Part shown: positions 1-7,350 of the stretch, piece by piece | Layout of the letters: each line of letters begins with the position of its first letter | Position numbering within the stretch: position 1 is the first letter of the stretch | Source: a virus | DNA: 10,740 nucleotides | Reading direction: 5' to 3' (one strand) | UHGV virus genome: UHGV-1944544 | Position numbers and translations under genes: made by a program | Notes under the pieces: model-generated | Database searches by the model: none | What the model saw: the letters and a program-made list of their open reading frames with translations, nothing else | What the model was told of the DNA's origin: nothing

Positions 1-60
1 GGATACTACATGCGCGCCGGGTTTGGCGTCGCGCTCCAGTTTTAACGGATAGGTAAACAT
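1..60 (-). CDS. hicB: HicB-family antitoxin, N-terminal fragment (gene continues past the window start)
   Basis: Minus-strand ATG at 60-58 translates to MFTYPLKLERDAKPGAHVVS, which fits the HicB N-terminal pattern (M-x-YP-[VL]...G...VS). It sits 30 bp downstream of hicA with an AGGAG Shine-Dalgarno about 7 nt before the ATG. Only 20 codons are visible. Confidence 0.55.
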   Translation of the reverse strand, partial: MFTYPLKLERDAKPGAHVVS

Positions 61-90
61 AGAGAAGCTCCTAGTGAAAAAGGCTGGGGC

Positions 91-273
91 TTAAAGCCCC
101 AGGTCCTTCATTATTTTCTTGCGTAGCGGTTCAGGCATTTCCTTTGAACCGTGGTCCGGGAAAACCGACCGCTTTCCGTTCAGGTTCACTTTCTGATGAC
201 TGCCGCCACCAGGCGCTTTCCTGAACTCTGCCCCTTGCTGGATTAACCAGCGTTTGAACTCTGAATACTTCAC
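91..273 (-). CDS. hicA: HicA-family mRNA interferase toxin (60 aa)
   Basis: Translation MKYSEFKRWLIQQGAEF...GSHQK...GKRSVFPDHG...EPLRKKIMKDLGL matches HicA hallmarks (MKxSEFxRWL, conserved His, RSV.P.H, EPLRK.I.K.LGL). GTG start at 273 with AAGGA about 5 nt upstream. Followed by the hicB fragment in the canonical hicA-then-hicB order. Confidence 0.85.
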   Translation of the reverse strand: MKYSEFKRWLIQQGAEFRKAPGGGSHQKVNLNGKRSVFPDHGSKEMPEPLRKKIMKDLGL

Positions 274-345
274 AAGTTTCCTTATGCAATTTATCCATCA
301 TGGGCGATAAGAATAGTAACACAAAAGATATAAAACACAACAAAA

Positions 346-359
346 ATGTTTATAAACAT
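346..359. promoter_or_regulatory. 14-bp perfect palindrome ATGTTTATAAACAT in the divergent region between hicA and the 506 gene; candidate operator
   Basis: Exact reverse-complement symmetry read from the sequence, about 73-86 bp upstream of the hicA start in AT-rich DNA. No convincing -35/-10 could be assigned; function is inferred. Confidence 0.25.
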
Positions 360-505
360 AACTTCCTTGTTTGGTGGTTGCGTTTTTGGAAAAGCATTTC
401 CGCATATGAAAAAACATCAGCATATGGTGAAAACAACGAAAAATTACTGATGAAATCACACACTGGATAAGCTGCCACGAAATCGGAAACCTTTTGCGGT
501 GAATC

Positions 506-2191
506 ATGGCAACGAAAGACAAAAACAAGGGCTTTCTGTCGGCATTGAAGAAAGCCTTCAGCGGTGGTGATGTTACGCCTGCCGATCCGGTCGTATTTGC
601 GAGCGGGCATAGCGTCGTTGCTCGTTCTGGCCTGTCCGCCTTGCGTCCTGGCATCCTGGGGAGCAATAGCGATGGCATGACAAGCGCGGCGGATACTGTA
701 TCTATATCGGCAGAATTACCGAGTGACCGCCTGCAAAAATACAACATACTGGAGACGATGGCGAAAAGCCCGACTATCTCCACAGCATTAAACATTCACA
801 TTGCGCATTCTCTGGCTCCATCAAAAAAAACAGGCCTCGCATTTATTCTCTCTCCGAAAAATGGGGCGGATAAGGAGGCTGTAAGTCGATGTGAGGAATT
901 GACCGCTGATTTAAGCTCAATGATTAATGATGGCCTGCCATCGTGGGCCATGATCATGGCTATTTTCGGTGTGTCGTATATCCGTCCATATGCAGAGCAA
1001 GGGAAGGGGATAACTGGAATTGAGTCGAGCTATTACACGCTCCCTCATTTCGTTCAGGAGTTTTATCGCGGTAGCCAACTTGTCGGATTCAGCGGTGATT
1101 ATATTCTGGATACGCATACTTTGCGCAGAGTTATAACCGAACCGTGGAATCTGGTTTCCATGAAAAACCCGTACTGGATGCCTCAGCATAAAGTAATGCC
1201 AGTAACTTACGGCACTAACGGCTATTCCTTGCTTAGTGAACAGCAGGACAAGCCGTTAATGGAGACGCAGAACTACGGTACGTCGTTTCTTGAATACAGT
1301 TATGAACCCTACCTGAATTTATGTGCCGCGCTTGCTGCGCTGAAAGCAACGCGAAACAACGCTGCAAAAATTGATCGCCTGATTGCACTCACAACGAACA
1401 CGATAGATCCGGTAAACGCGGCGAATTATACGCGCGGGGTCAGCCAGGCACTGAAGCGTCATAGCGACCTCGTAGCGCAACGGTCGATTAATTCTAATGC
1501 TCTCCCATCTGTACTTAACCATCTGATACCCGTCATGGGGGATGGGAAGAACGGGATCACCATTGATACGCAATCTATACCCGCAGATATCAGTGGTATC
1601 GAAGACGTTATGTTTCATCTCCGACAGCTCGCGGCAAGCCTCGGTATTGACGCAACAATGCTTGGCTGGGCTGATCAGATGAGTGGTGGACTTGGAGAAG
1701 GCGGTTGGCAGCAAACAGCTATCCAGGCCGCCTTACGCGCGAACTGGATCAGACAGGCCGCCCAGCGGACTATTTATCGGCTTCATGACATTCACCTCGC
1801 TTATAAATACGGGAAGGTTTACACCGAAAAAAACCGTCCTTATGACGTGCAATTCAACTCAATGAACACAGCTATCCAGGAAGAGGAAAACCGAGAGCTG
1901 GATGCGCGCGCCAACTTCGTAGCTGTCATCTCGCAAATAATGGACCAGATCCAGAACAACCCGAAACTGGCGGGTAGCGACGCGTTTATGCGTTATCTGT
2001 TCACCGAACAGCTTCGTATCGACGATGACACTCTCAACGTAATGATCAAAGAGTTTAAGGCGAATGAATCAGAGCAAAACAACGAGCATGGTATGTACGA
2101 ATCCGCGCCGTTGTCGTCCGGTGACGATCCGGAAAACTGGACGCAAGAACAATTAATCAACTTTGCAAAATTTGTGATGAGCAATAATTAA
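506..2191 (+). CDS. hypothetical protein (561 aa), first gene of a two-gene operon
   Basis: Long uninterrupted ORF from ATG 506 with a weak GGTGA Shine-Dalgarno. Its stop lies 13 bp before the next ATG. No Walker A or other catalytic motif recognised; the N-terminal ~80 aa are Gly/Ser/Ala-rich. A resemblance to phage portal proteins is speculative. Confidence 0.7.
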   Translation: MATKDKNKGFLSALKKAFSGGDVTPADPVVFASGHSVVARSGLSALRPGILGSNSDGMTSAADTVSISAELPSDRLQKYNILETMAKSPTISTALNIHIAHSLAPSKKTGLAFILSPKNGADKEAVSRCEELTADLSSMINDGLPSWAMIMAIFGVSYIRPYAEQGKGITGIESSYYTLPHFVQEFYRGSQLVGFSGDYILDTHTLRRVITEPWNLVSMKNPYWMPQHKVMPVTYGTNGYSLLSEQQDKPLMETQNYGTSFLEYSYEPYLNLCAALAALKATRNNAAKIDRLIALTTNTIDPVNAANYTRGVSQALKRHSDLVAQRSINSNALPSVLNHLIPVMGDGKNGITIDTQSIPADISGIEDVMFHLRQLAASLGIDATMLGWADQMSGGLGEGGWQQTAIQAALRANWIRQAAQRTIYRLHDIHLAYKYGKVYTEKNRPYDVQFNSMNTAIQEEENRELDARANFVAVISQIMDQIQNNPKLAGSDAFMRYLFTEQLRIDDDTLNVMIKEFKANESEQNNEHGMYESAPLSSGDDPENWTQEQLINFAKFVMSNN

Positions 2192-2204
2192 CCGGAGGGA
2201 AATA

Positions 2205-3203
2205 ATGCAATCACTGAATACCGTTACGGATCGCTTCTCCCTGGTAGAGAAAATCCGCAAACACACACCTCAGAACAATCGCAATTACGTTATCCAGTCG
2301 GTACGAGACACATTCAACTCGCCAGAAACAAAAGAGCGTATCGCACTGGGTGAGATGTATGGTTATTACGGTCATGGTCGCCGGGCGATGCACTATAACA
2401 AAACGAAAAGCCTGGACTTGCCGGAAGTCTCTGTTGTGATGGTAGATGGGAAGCCTGTTGTATTGGAGAACGTGCCGTCAAACAGGACTATCGACATTTC
2501 AATTGACGACAACGGCATTGTTACCCATACACAGGAAATACTGGATACGGACACCGGACGTATTGTTCAGGGTATGATTAATTCTGGCGCAGGTGGTTGG
2601 TCATGGGCTACATCTGGTCCAGATTACTCTGTATCCCTGGTAAAGTCTTTTCACGGTTTTGATTACGTAACAGTGCCTAACTATATCAGCCTCGACAAGA
2701 AAAGCCTGATGCTTGAATCAGCAGAAGAACGCGACGCGGCGATTCATGCGGCACTTATCGAACAAGGTTTTACCGATAATGCTGCTACGGATCTGGTTCA
2801 CCACTTTTCAGCAATGAAGAGTCAGCAAGCCATATTCGAATCAGCACAACGTGAAGTTCTGGAGTCGGAACTGATACATCTTGAAGTGGAAAATATGCAG
2901 CTTCGCGACAAACTACGCGACCAGGCCGCGATGATGGAAAGCCAGGGGGAGAACGCAAAGAAATCCCGCCGTATTTTGCGTGATGCTATCCAGGAAATGC
3001 CTGTTTTTATCAGCGCAGAACAGCGCCGGGCGCTCTGCCGTATGCAGTCAGAGGATGATGCACGCATTGTCGCAGCGATGCTTGAATCCCTGGGGGCTAA
3101 TGCCACTTATGGTCTGCCAATATCAGCCAATAAACAACAAGAAATACCGGTGAAAGAGAACAAGACGGTGACTCCGCTGATCTTTGTGTCTAAGAGGATG
3201 TGA
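2205..3203 (+). CDS. hypothetical protein (332 aa) with a predicted alpha-helical/coiled-coil C-terminal half
   Basis: ATG 2205 preceded by a strong GGAGGG Shine-Dalgarno (2194-2199). The C-terminal region (ESELIHLEVENMQLRDKLRDQAAMMESQ...) is heptad-like and charged. No family recognised. Confidence 0.75.
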   Translation: MQSLNTVTDRFSLVEKIRKHTPQNNRNYVIQSVRDTFNSPETKERIALGEMYGYYGHGRRAMHYNKTKSLDLPEVSVVMVDGKPVVLENVPSNRTIDISIDDNGIVTHTQEILDTDTGRIVQGMINSGAGGWSWATSGPDYSVSLVKSFHGFDYVTVPNYISLDKKSLMLESAEERDAAIHAALIEQGFTDNAATDLVHHFSAMKSQQAIFESAQREVLESELIHLEVENMQLRDKLRDQAAMMESQGENAKKSRRILRDAIQEMPVFISAEQRRALCRMQSEDDARIVAAMLESLGANATYGLPISANKQQEIPVKENKTVTPLIFVSKRM

Positions 3204-3316
3204 GCTAAAAGCTAGCTTAATTTTCTAACACAGTGTGTTTTTATACACTGTTGATCCGACGGCGCGTGATCGAGTAGGATCGCGGTCACTGCTCCGGTAG
3301 CGACTGCCAAAAAAGC

Positions 3317-3340
3317 AAAAGCCGCTGAGAAGCGGCTTTT
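3317..3340 (+). terminator. Rho-independent terminator downstream of the 506-3203 operon
   Basis: Perfect inverted repeat AAAAGCCGCT / AGCGGCTTTT around a GAGA tetraloop, with the GC core followed by TTTT. The flanking A-tract and T-tract make it potentially bidirectional. Confidence 0.55.
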
Positions 3341-3401
3341 GGGTGTATAAATCTCCGGACATAGATTTATACGGTAGATAGATTTTTCACGGTACTATCT
3401 G

Positions 3402-4361
3402 GTGAGTATTTTAAATTCAGTTTCAGTAACTTTCAACACTTCTGAGTATAAAAACAACACTGAATACCACAAAAAAATCAAAGGTCATCAGTTGAGTTTT
3501 TTTGCTCGTCATAGCGGTTTTCTTTCCCCTTCACATAGCGCCATTATTGCCGAGTTCGCCAACCTGGCAGGAGCTACCGATGAATACATGATCCGTCGCT
3601 CATATGCTGATATGTCCGAGATTACAGGACGCAGTATTTCTACTGTGCGCCGGGCATTTACCGAAGCGACGAAGTGCGGAATGCTTGTTAAGCAGCATCA
3701 GGTAGCGAATAACAATGCTCAGGTGTGTAACGTGTACCGGTTTACAACACAATTTCTCCACTTCATTCATGTAGCAATGGAGATAGGGAGTAAGCAGGGC
3801 ATCAAATTTGCCAACGCCACAAAACTGGTTAAGCAGTTGATTTCAAAGGTTCGTTATTTTTTTGAAACTGGGAACCCCCTGTTCAAATTGAACAAGTCCC
3901 CCCATGTTCAAAATGAACAGCCAATAGAAAATAAGAGTCACTCTATAGCCAAAAGAAGAGAAAGATCATGCGCGGTTCAGCCAAAGGCTTCACCAGCAGA
4001 TAGTTCTCAAGCGGATAATGGCTTGCTGGATAAAAAAACAGTAATCAGGGAAGAACATACCAACCACTGCCTGGCGGCAGCAAAAGCGAGAGCTGCAAAG
4101 CGTCGTTCAGACGAGGGGTACGCAAAACGGCAGGCTCTGTATCGTACCGCTGAAAAACTGGCAAAAAAATTTGCATGGTTACGTAGTGCTACCACAGTGA
4201 ATAAGCCCAAACGATCCAGCGCCCTGGATTTCTCTATGGATTATTCTGCTTCCCAGGGATGTGCAACCATCAATGAAGCATTTGACCTGATGAAACAGCG
4301 TGGCTATCGGTCTGAATTTGACCGGGAAGACTGGTCAATTCCGGAGGGCTTTCGGGGATGA
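3402..4361 (+). CDS. helix-turn-helix DNA-binding protein, possibly a replication initiator or regulator; N-terminus uncertain
   Basis: ORF of 319 aa from GTG 3402 with no Shine-Dalgarno. The first in-frame ATG is at 3588, where the nearest AGGAG is 15 nt upstream. HTH-like segment MSEITGRSISTVRRAFTEATKCGMLV, then a basic Lys/Arg-rich C-terminal half. The AT-rich 5' part contains direct repeats. Confidence 0.55.
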   Translation: MSILNSVSVTFNTSEYKNNTEYHKKIKGHQLSFFARHSGFLSPSHSAIIAEFANLAGATDEYMIRRSYADMSEITGRSISTVRRAFTEATKCGMLVKQHQVANNNAQVCNVYRFTTQFLHFIHVAMEIGSKQGIKFANATKLVKQLISKVRYFFETGNPLFKLNKSPHVQNEQPIENKSHSIAKRRERSCAVQPKASPADSSQADNGLLDKKTVIREEHTNHCLAAAKARAAKRRSDEGYAKRQALYRTAEKLAKKFAWLRSATTVNKPKRSSALDFSMDYSASQGCATINEAFDLMKQRGYRSEFDREDWSIPEGFRG

Positions 4362-4501
4362 TGTTGCGATTGACTGTACAATAACCGTGCGGCGGGAATT
4401 TCATCGCTCTAAAATGTATGTTAGAAAATTAAATTGATGTTTCTAATCAAGAATGTATGATTTATATCGTCACTAAAAAACAGCATCTGATAAAAATTCT
4501 G

Positions 4502-4530
4502 TTGATCTTTCTAATGTTCAGGCTTATATT
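4502..4530 (+). promoter_or_regulatory. Candidate sigma70 promoter (-35 TTGATC, 17-bp spacer, -10 TATATT)
   Basis: Hexamers read at 4502-4507 and 4525-4530. It lies about 250 bp upstream of the 4778 ORF and rha, and precedes the alternative-hairpin region at 4581-4620. Confidence 0.3.
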
Positions 4531-4777
4531 CATGCCGTCGTAGCAAATTCTGCGACCGGGTTTAGCAGCCTGAATGTTAGTGCGGACAACCGCAGATATC
4601 CGATATTGCGGTATTTTTGTGTCCGTAAAACCGCGTTACGCCCAAATTATGGTGGGGCGTGATGGGGAGGCTTCGGCCTGCTGGTTTCACTAACGCCAGT
4701 CTGCTAACCCCGTCACGTCCTGCCACCTGTTTAGCAGCGGGTAGCAGGTTGTTAAACCTGTTAGTGAGGCCGTAACT

Positions 4778-5002
4778 ATGGTTAATGCCAATCCTTGCTC
4801 ACGTCCAGAATTCATCTGGCGTTTTCACTCCCTGCAAAAACACTGCGATCACTTCGCAATTGCCGCAACTGAAAAAGAAGCCCGTTCTCTGATCCCGGAT
4901 CAGTATGGCGTTCTCACTGGTCGTTTCTCTACTTCCCCACAACCAAACACCAATCCCTGGTATCGCAATATTACCAATCCCGGCATTGTGGAGGCTCACT
5001 GA
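4778..5002 (+). CDS. hypothetical small protein (74 aa), translationally coupled to the Rha gene
   Basis: ATG 4778 with GAGG 8 nt upstream. Its TGA stop overlaps the rha ATG (TGATG at 5000-5004). No family recognised. Confidence 0.45.
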   Translation: MVNANPCSRPEFIWRFHSLQKHCDHFAIAATEKEARSLIPDQYGVLTGRFSTSPQPNTNPWYRNITNPGIVEAH

Positions 5003-5943
5003 TGGATATCTGCATTCTCGAAAAGCCATCAATGACAAGCATTGAGATCGCGGAGCTGGTGGGAAAACGTCATGACAATGTGAAACGCACTATTGAGACA
5101 TTAGCCAAAGGTGGCGTTATTGTTCGTCCTCAAATTGAGGTTTTCGAAAAAATCAATAACTTAGGACTACGACGTAGTGTTGAGGCTTACGTCTTCGAAG
5201 GCGAGCAAGGCAAGCGCGATAGCATTATCGTCGTCGCGCAGCTCTCTCCCGAATTCACCGCCCGGCTGGTGGACCGCTGGCGCGAACTGGAGAATGCCCG
5301 GGTACAGTTAAAATCAAAAGCCGAAATCCTGGCCGAAATGGCGCAAATGCATCTTGAGCATGAACGCCGGATCAACGCCGTTAATGCCCAGGTAGCCGAA
5401 GTATCCGCACAAGTGTCCAAAGTCGCTGAAACCGTCGAGCAGATCAAGAAAGGCAATATTCCGGAAGGCTACATTGGCTATCGCCAGTTGGCGGCAAAAT
5501 GCGGCCTGACTGAAGCCAAATGCCGCAACCTGGTCAACGCTTACCGGATACCCACTGATACGCATGAGTTTTTGACGCCAGAGGGGGTATTGTCGCGTCG
5601 TACTATTGTGGCCTTATCTCCCTTCATGAATGCCTTTACCCTGATGATGTCGGAGGCTGAACACCGAGGAAAACGCTGGTATCATCCCAGGATGGGGCTA
5701 TTTCAGGCCATTCACCATCCTGTGCCTGAAAGTCCAAAGGCAAACCTGTCGTTGCATACCGCCAGAGAGAAGATTAAAACAGGGTATGCAACCGTATGCC
5801 GTCGAGCATCCTGGCCTGAAAGTGTCTGGGTATGGCCCGAAAGAGGCTCACGGAAAAACTGGCGCACCATTCGCGACGGCAAGATCTGTGCGATTGATTT
5901 ACAGCCAGAAGATGTAGCAGCGACCGACTGGATTGTTAGTTAA
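5002..5943 (+). CDS. Rha-family phage regulatory protein (313 aa)
   Basis: N-terminal SIEIAELVGKRHDNVKRTIE matches the Rha-domain signature (...AE.FGKRHDNV.R.I...). GGAGG Shine-Dalgarno 8 nt upstream of ATG 5002. Confidence 0.8.
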   Translation: MDICILEKPSMTSIEIAELVGKRHDNVKRTIETLAKGGVIVRPQIEVFEKINNLGLRRSVEAYVFEGEQGKRDSIIVVAQLSPEFTARLVDRWRELENARVQLKSKAEILAEMAQMHLEHERRINAVNAQVAEVSAQVSKVAETVEQIKKGNIPEGYIGYRQLAAKCGLTEAKCRNLVNAYRIPTDTHEFLTPEGVLSRRTIVALSPFMNAFTLMMSEAEHRGKRWYHPRMGLFQAIHHPVPESPKANLSLHTAREKIKTGYATVCRRASWPESVWVWPERGSRKNWRTIRDGKICAIDLQPEDVAATDWIVS

Positions 5944-5950
5944 TAGATTT

Positions 5951-5972
5951 GCCCCGGTCATGCCGGGGCTTT
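5951..5972 (+). terminator. Rho-independent terminator after rha
   Basis: GCCCCGG / CCGGGGC 7-bp GC-rich stem with loop TCATG, followed by only TTT, so the U-tract is short. Confidence 0.45.
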
Positions 5973-5999
5973 AACTACTAAGTGACCGGACACAGCAAA

Positions 6000-6320
6000 A
6001 TGTATGCCACGAAAAAAATTGATTTCACTTATTCTTCCGCCACAATTGAGCGGCGCTTCACCCTCATTAGAGAGTTGGAACTGTCAAAAGTCTGGTATCA
6101 AATTCTACTGGATGAAGAGTTCTCACTGATGATAATGGCTGAAAAAGAAGCAATGCCGAATGACCGGCATAAAGTCATTGCCAGCCTTGACCTGGTGACA
6201 AACAGATACTGGGAGACAGAGGAACTGCGTGAAGCGGGAGTAATTCGTGACCTGATGGAGAGTTCCGTTCCCCGCCGCTATCGTGCGGGAAACGAAATCT
6301 CCGTGATTAAAGGGGCTTAA
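6000..6320 (+). CDS. hypothetical protein (106 aa from ATG 6000; the ORF opens at GTG 5982)
   Basis: Open frame with a weak ribosome-binding site, starting only 10-28 bp after the rha terminator. Its TAA stop overlaps the stop of the convergent minus-strand gene. The call as a real gene is uncertain. Confidence 0.4.
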   Translation: MYATKKIDFTYSSATIERRFTLIRELELSKVWYQILLDEEFSLMIMAEKEAMPNDRHKVIASLDLVTNRYWETEELREAGVIRDLMESSVPRRYRAGNEISVIKGA

Positions 6321-6709
6321 AGCTCACCAGCACGCTGTTTTTCAAGCGTAGATTTAACATTGGGCGCTTTCCCTTTAAAAGAATGGAAAGTGCCACATTT
6401 TTCTGTTTTAACCTCGCGCAGAGCTTCGCCATCGGCGTTCTGCCATTGATGAGATAACGTCATATCACCGCGAGAAGGAACATCCAGCGAGTACAACGTG
6501 TAAGTTCCCCCCATCTCGGCATACTCCTGGAACACATAGCTCATTACGTCAGATTCAGTTTTCCGGTGCGCGTTATCGACCTTATTCCCATTCAGAAATA
6601 TGGCGTTCGGATAGATTTTTATATCAAACCTACCGCACTTCACTTGTAAATTCCCGGCGTGAGCGATCAAAGGGAAAGCTGCCAATAAAGCAATAGCTAA
6701 TCTTTTCAA
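6317..6709 (-). CDS. secreted (periplasmic) protein with Sec signal peptide, 130 aa
   Basis: TTG start at 6709 with GGAGG 6 nt upstream. N-terminus MKRLAIALLAAFPLIAHA-GN is a classic signal peptide with an AxA cleavage site. Mature part has two Cys (VKCGRF, TEKCGTF). Lies 20 bp downstream of the preceding gene. Confidence 0.7.
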   Translation of the reverse strand: MKRLAIALLAAFPLIAHAGNLQVKCGRFDIKIYPNAIFLNGNKVDNAHRKTESDVMSYVFQEYAEMGGTYTLYSLDVPSRGDMTLSHQWQNADGEALREVKTEKCGTFHSFKGKAPNVKSTLEKQRAGEL

Positions 6710-6729
6710 TTCTGCCTCCGCTGCGTAAC

Positions 6730-7350
6730 TTATTGCCCGTATTGTTTACACCATTGCTCTGCCATTTGTGGGGCTAAAGGCCCAGCCACTGCGCTGTATT
6801 CTGCTGTTTTGCTTTGCACGCATGAGGCAGATGGTTTTTTATTGCGCTGTTCCTTGAGTTGTTTTTCATAGGCAACGATGGCATCGAAACCAGCTACATC
6901 TTCCTCCCTCATGAACCCTTTCTTGATCAGAAACTGCTGACCTTCCGGCACCAATGCTAGAGCATACAACGGCTGCAACAGCTCCCCCAATCCTTCCCGG
7001 CTATAAACTTGAAACTGCATCCAGCTTTTACTTAACGCTGTCATAGTGTCTTTGGTGGAATAGCCAGCCTTGCGTATAGCCTTGTCTAATCGATCTGCTG
7101 AATACGCAAACAAACAGAAATCGCCCTTTCCTGTAAACCCCGGTTCAACCGGTTGCAACGTGATATTTTCTTTTTCGCAAAAGTCTATAAATTCATCAGG
7201 TCTATCGGTTTTATAGTCCCGCAATACCTTCAGTCCAGCCTCATACTTTGCAGGTAACGCGCCTGCATAGGCAGCATTAAGAGAAACTCCCCCCAATATA
7301 ACCGCGAGCACTGCTCCCAAAACCCTTAACTTCACAAAACCATCCTTCAT
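6730..7350 (-). CDS. secreted (periplasmic) protein with Sec signal peptide, about 207 aa
   Basis: Start placed at the internal ATG (7350-7348), which yields MKDGFVKLRVLGAVLAVILGGVSLNAAYA-G, a signal peptide. The 47 codons upstream in the track ORF are Phe-rich, AT-driven and look non-coding. Mature part has four Cys. Confidence 0.65.
   Translation of the reverse strand: MKDGFVKLRVLGAVLAVILGGVSLNAAYAGALPAKYEAGLKVLRDYKTDRPDEFIDFCEKENITLQPVEPGFTGKGDFCLFAYSADRLDKAIRKAGYSTKDTMTALSKSWMQFQVYSREGLGELLQPLYALALVPEGQQFLIKKGFMREEDVAGFDAIVAYEKQLKEQRNKKPSASCVQSKTAEYSAVAGPLAPQMAEQWCKQYGQ

Noticed and set aside
131-343. Minus-strand 70-aa ORF overlapping hicA in another frame
   Set aside because: hicA in the other frame has clear family hallmarks; the overlapping frame is an artefact.
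465-473. DnaA-box-like sequence (CTGGATAAG) upstream of the 506 gene
   Set aside because: Only a 7-of-9 match to TTATCCACA (reverse orientation), and a single copy; insufficient to call an origin element.
298-795. Minus-strand ORFs of 165 aa and 86 aa (298-795, 350-610) overlapping the divergent intergenic region and the start of the 506 gene
   Set aside because: They run antisense to the start of the long plus-strand gene and through AT-rich promoter DNA. The translations are Phe/Cys-rich low-complexity with no ribosome-binding site, so they are likely spurious.
917-3106. Several minus-strand and alternate-frame ORFs (917-1189, 1319-1714, 1683-1865, 1993-2184, 2211-2393, 2822-3106) inside the 561-aa and 332-aa genes
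   Set aside because: All are embedded antisense or out of frame within long, well-supported plus-strand ORFs, and none has a plausible start context.
4007-4210. Minus-strand 67-aa ORF inside the HTH gene
   Set aside because: Antisense to a longer ORF with a recognisable HTH; no ribosome-binding site.
4620-4780. Possible tRNA or attachment site in the G/C-richer part of the 4362-4777 intergenic region
   Set aside because: No T-loop (GTTCGAATC-like) or cloverleaf-compatible arms were found; the only structure is short hairpins and repeated heptamers.
4799-5565. Minus-strand ORFs (4799-5038, 5187-5456, 5314-5565) overlapping the 74-aa ORF and rha
   Set aside because: Antisense to the Rha gene, which has a clear family signature; likely frame artefacts.
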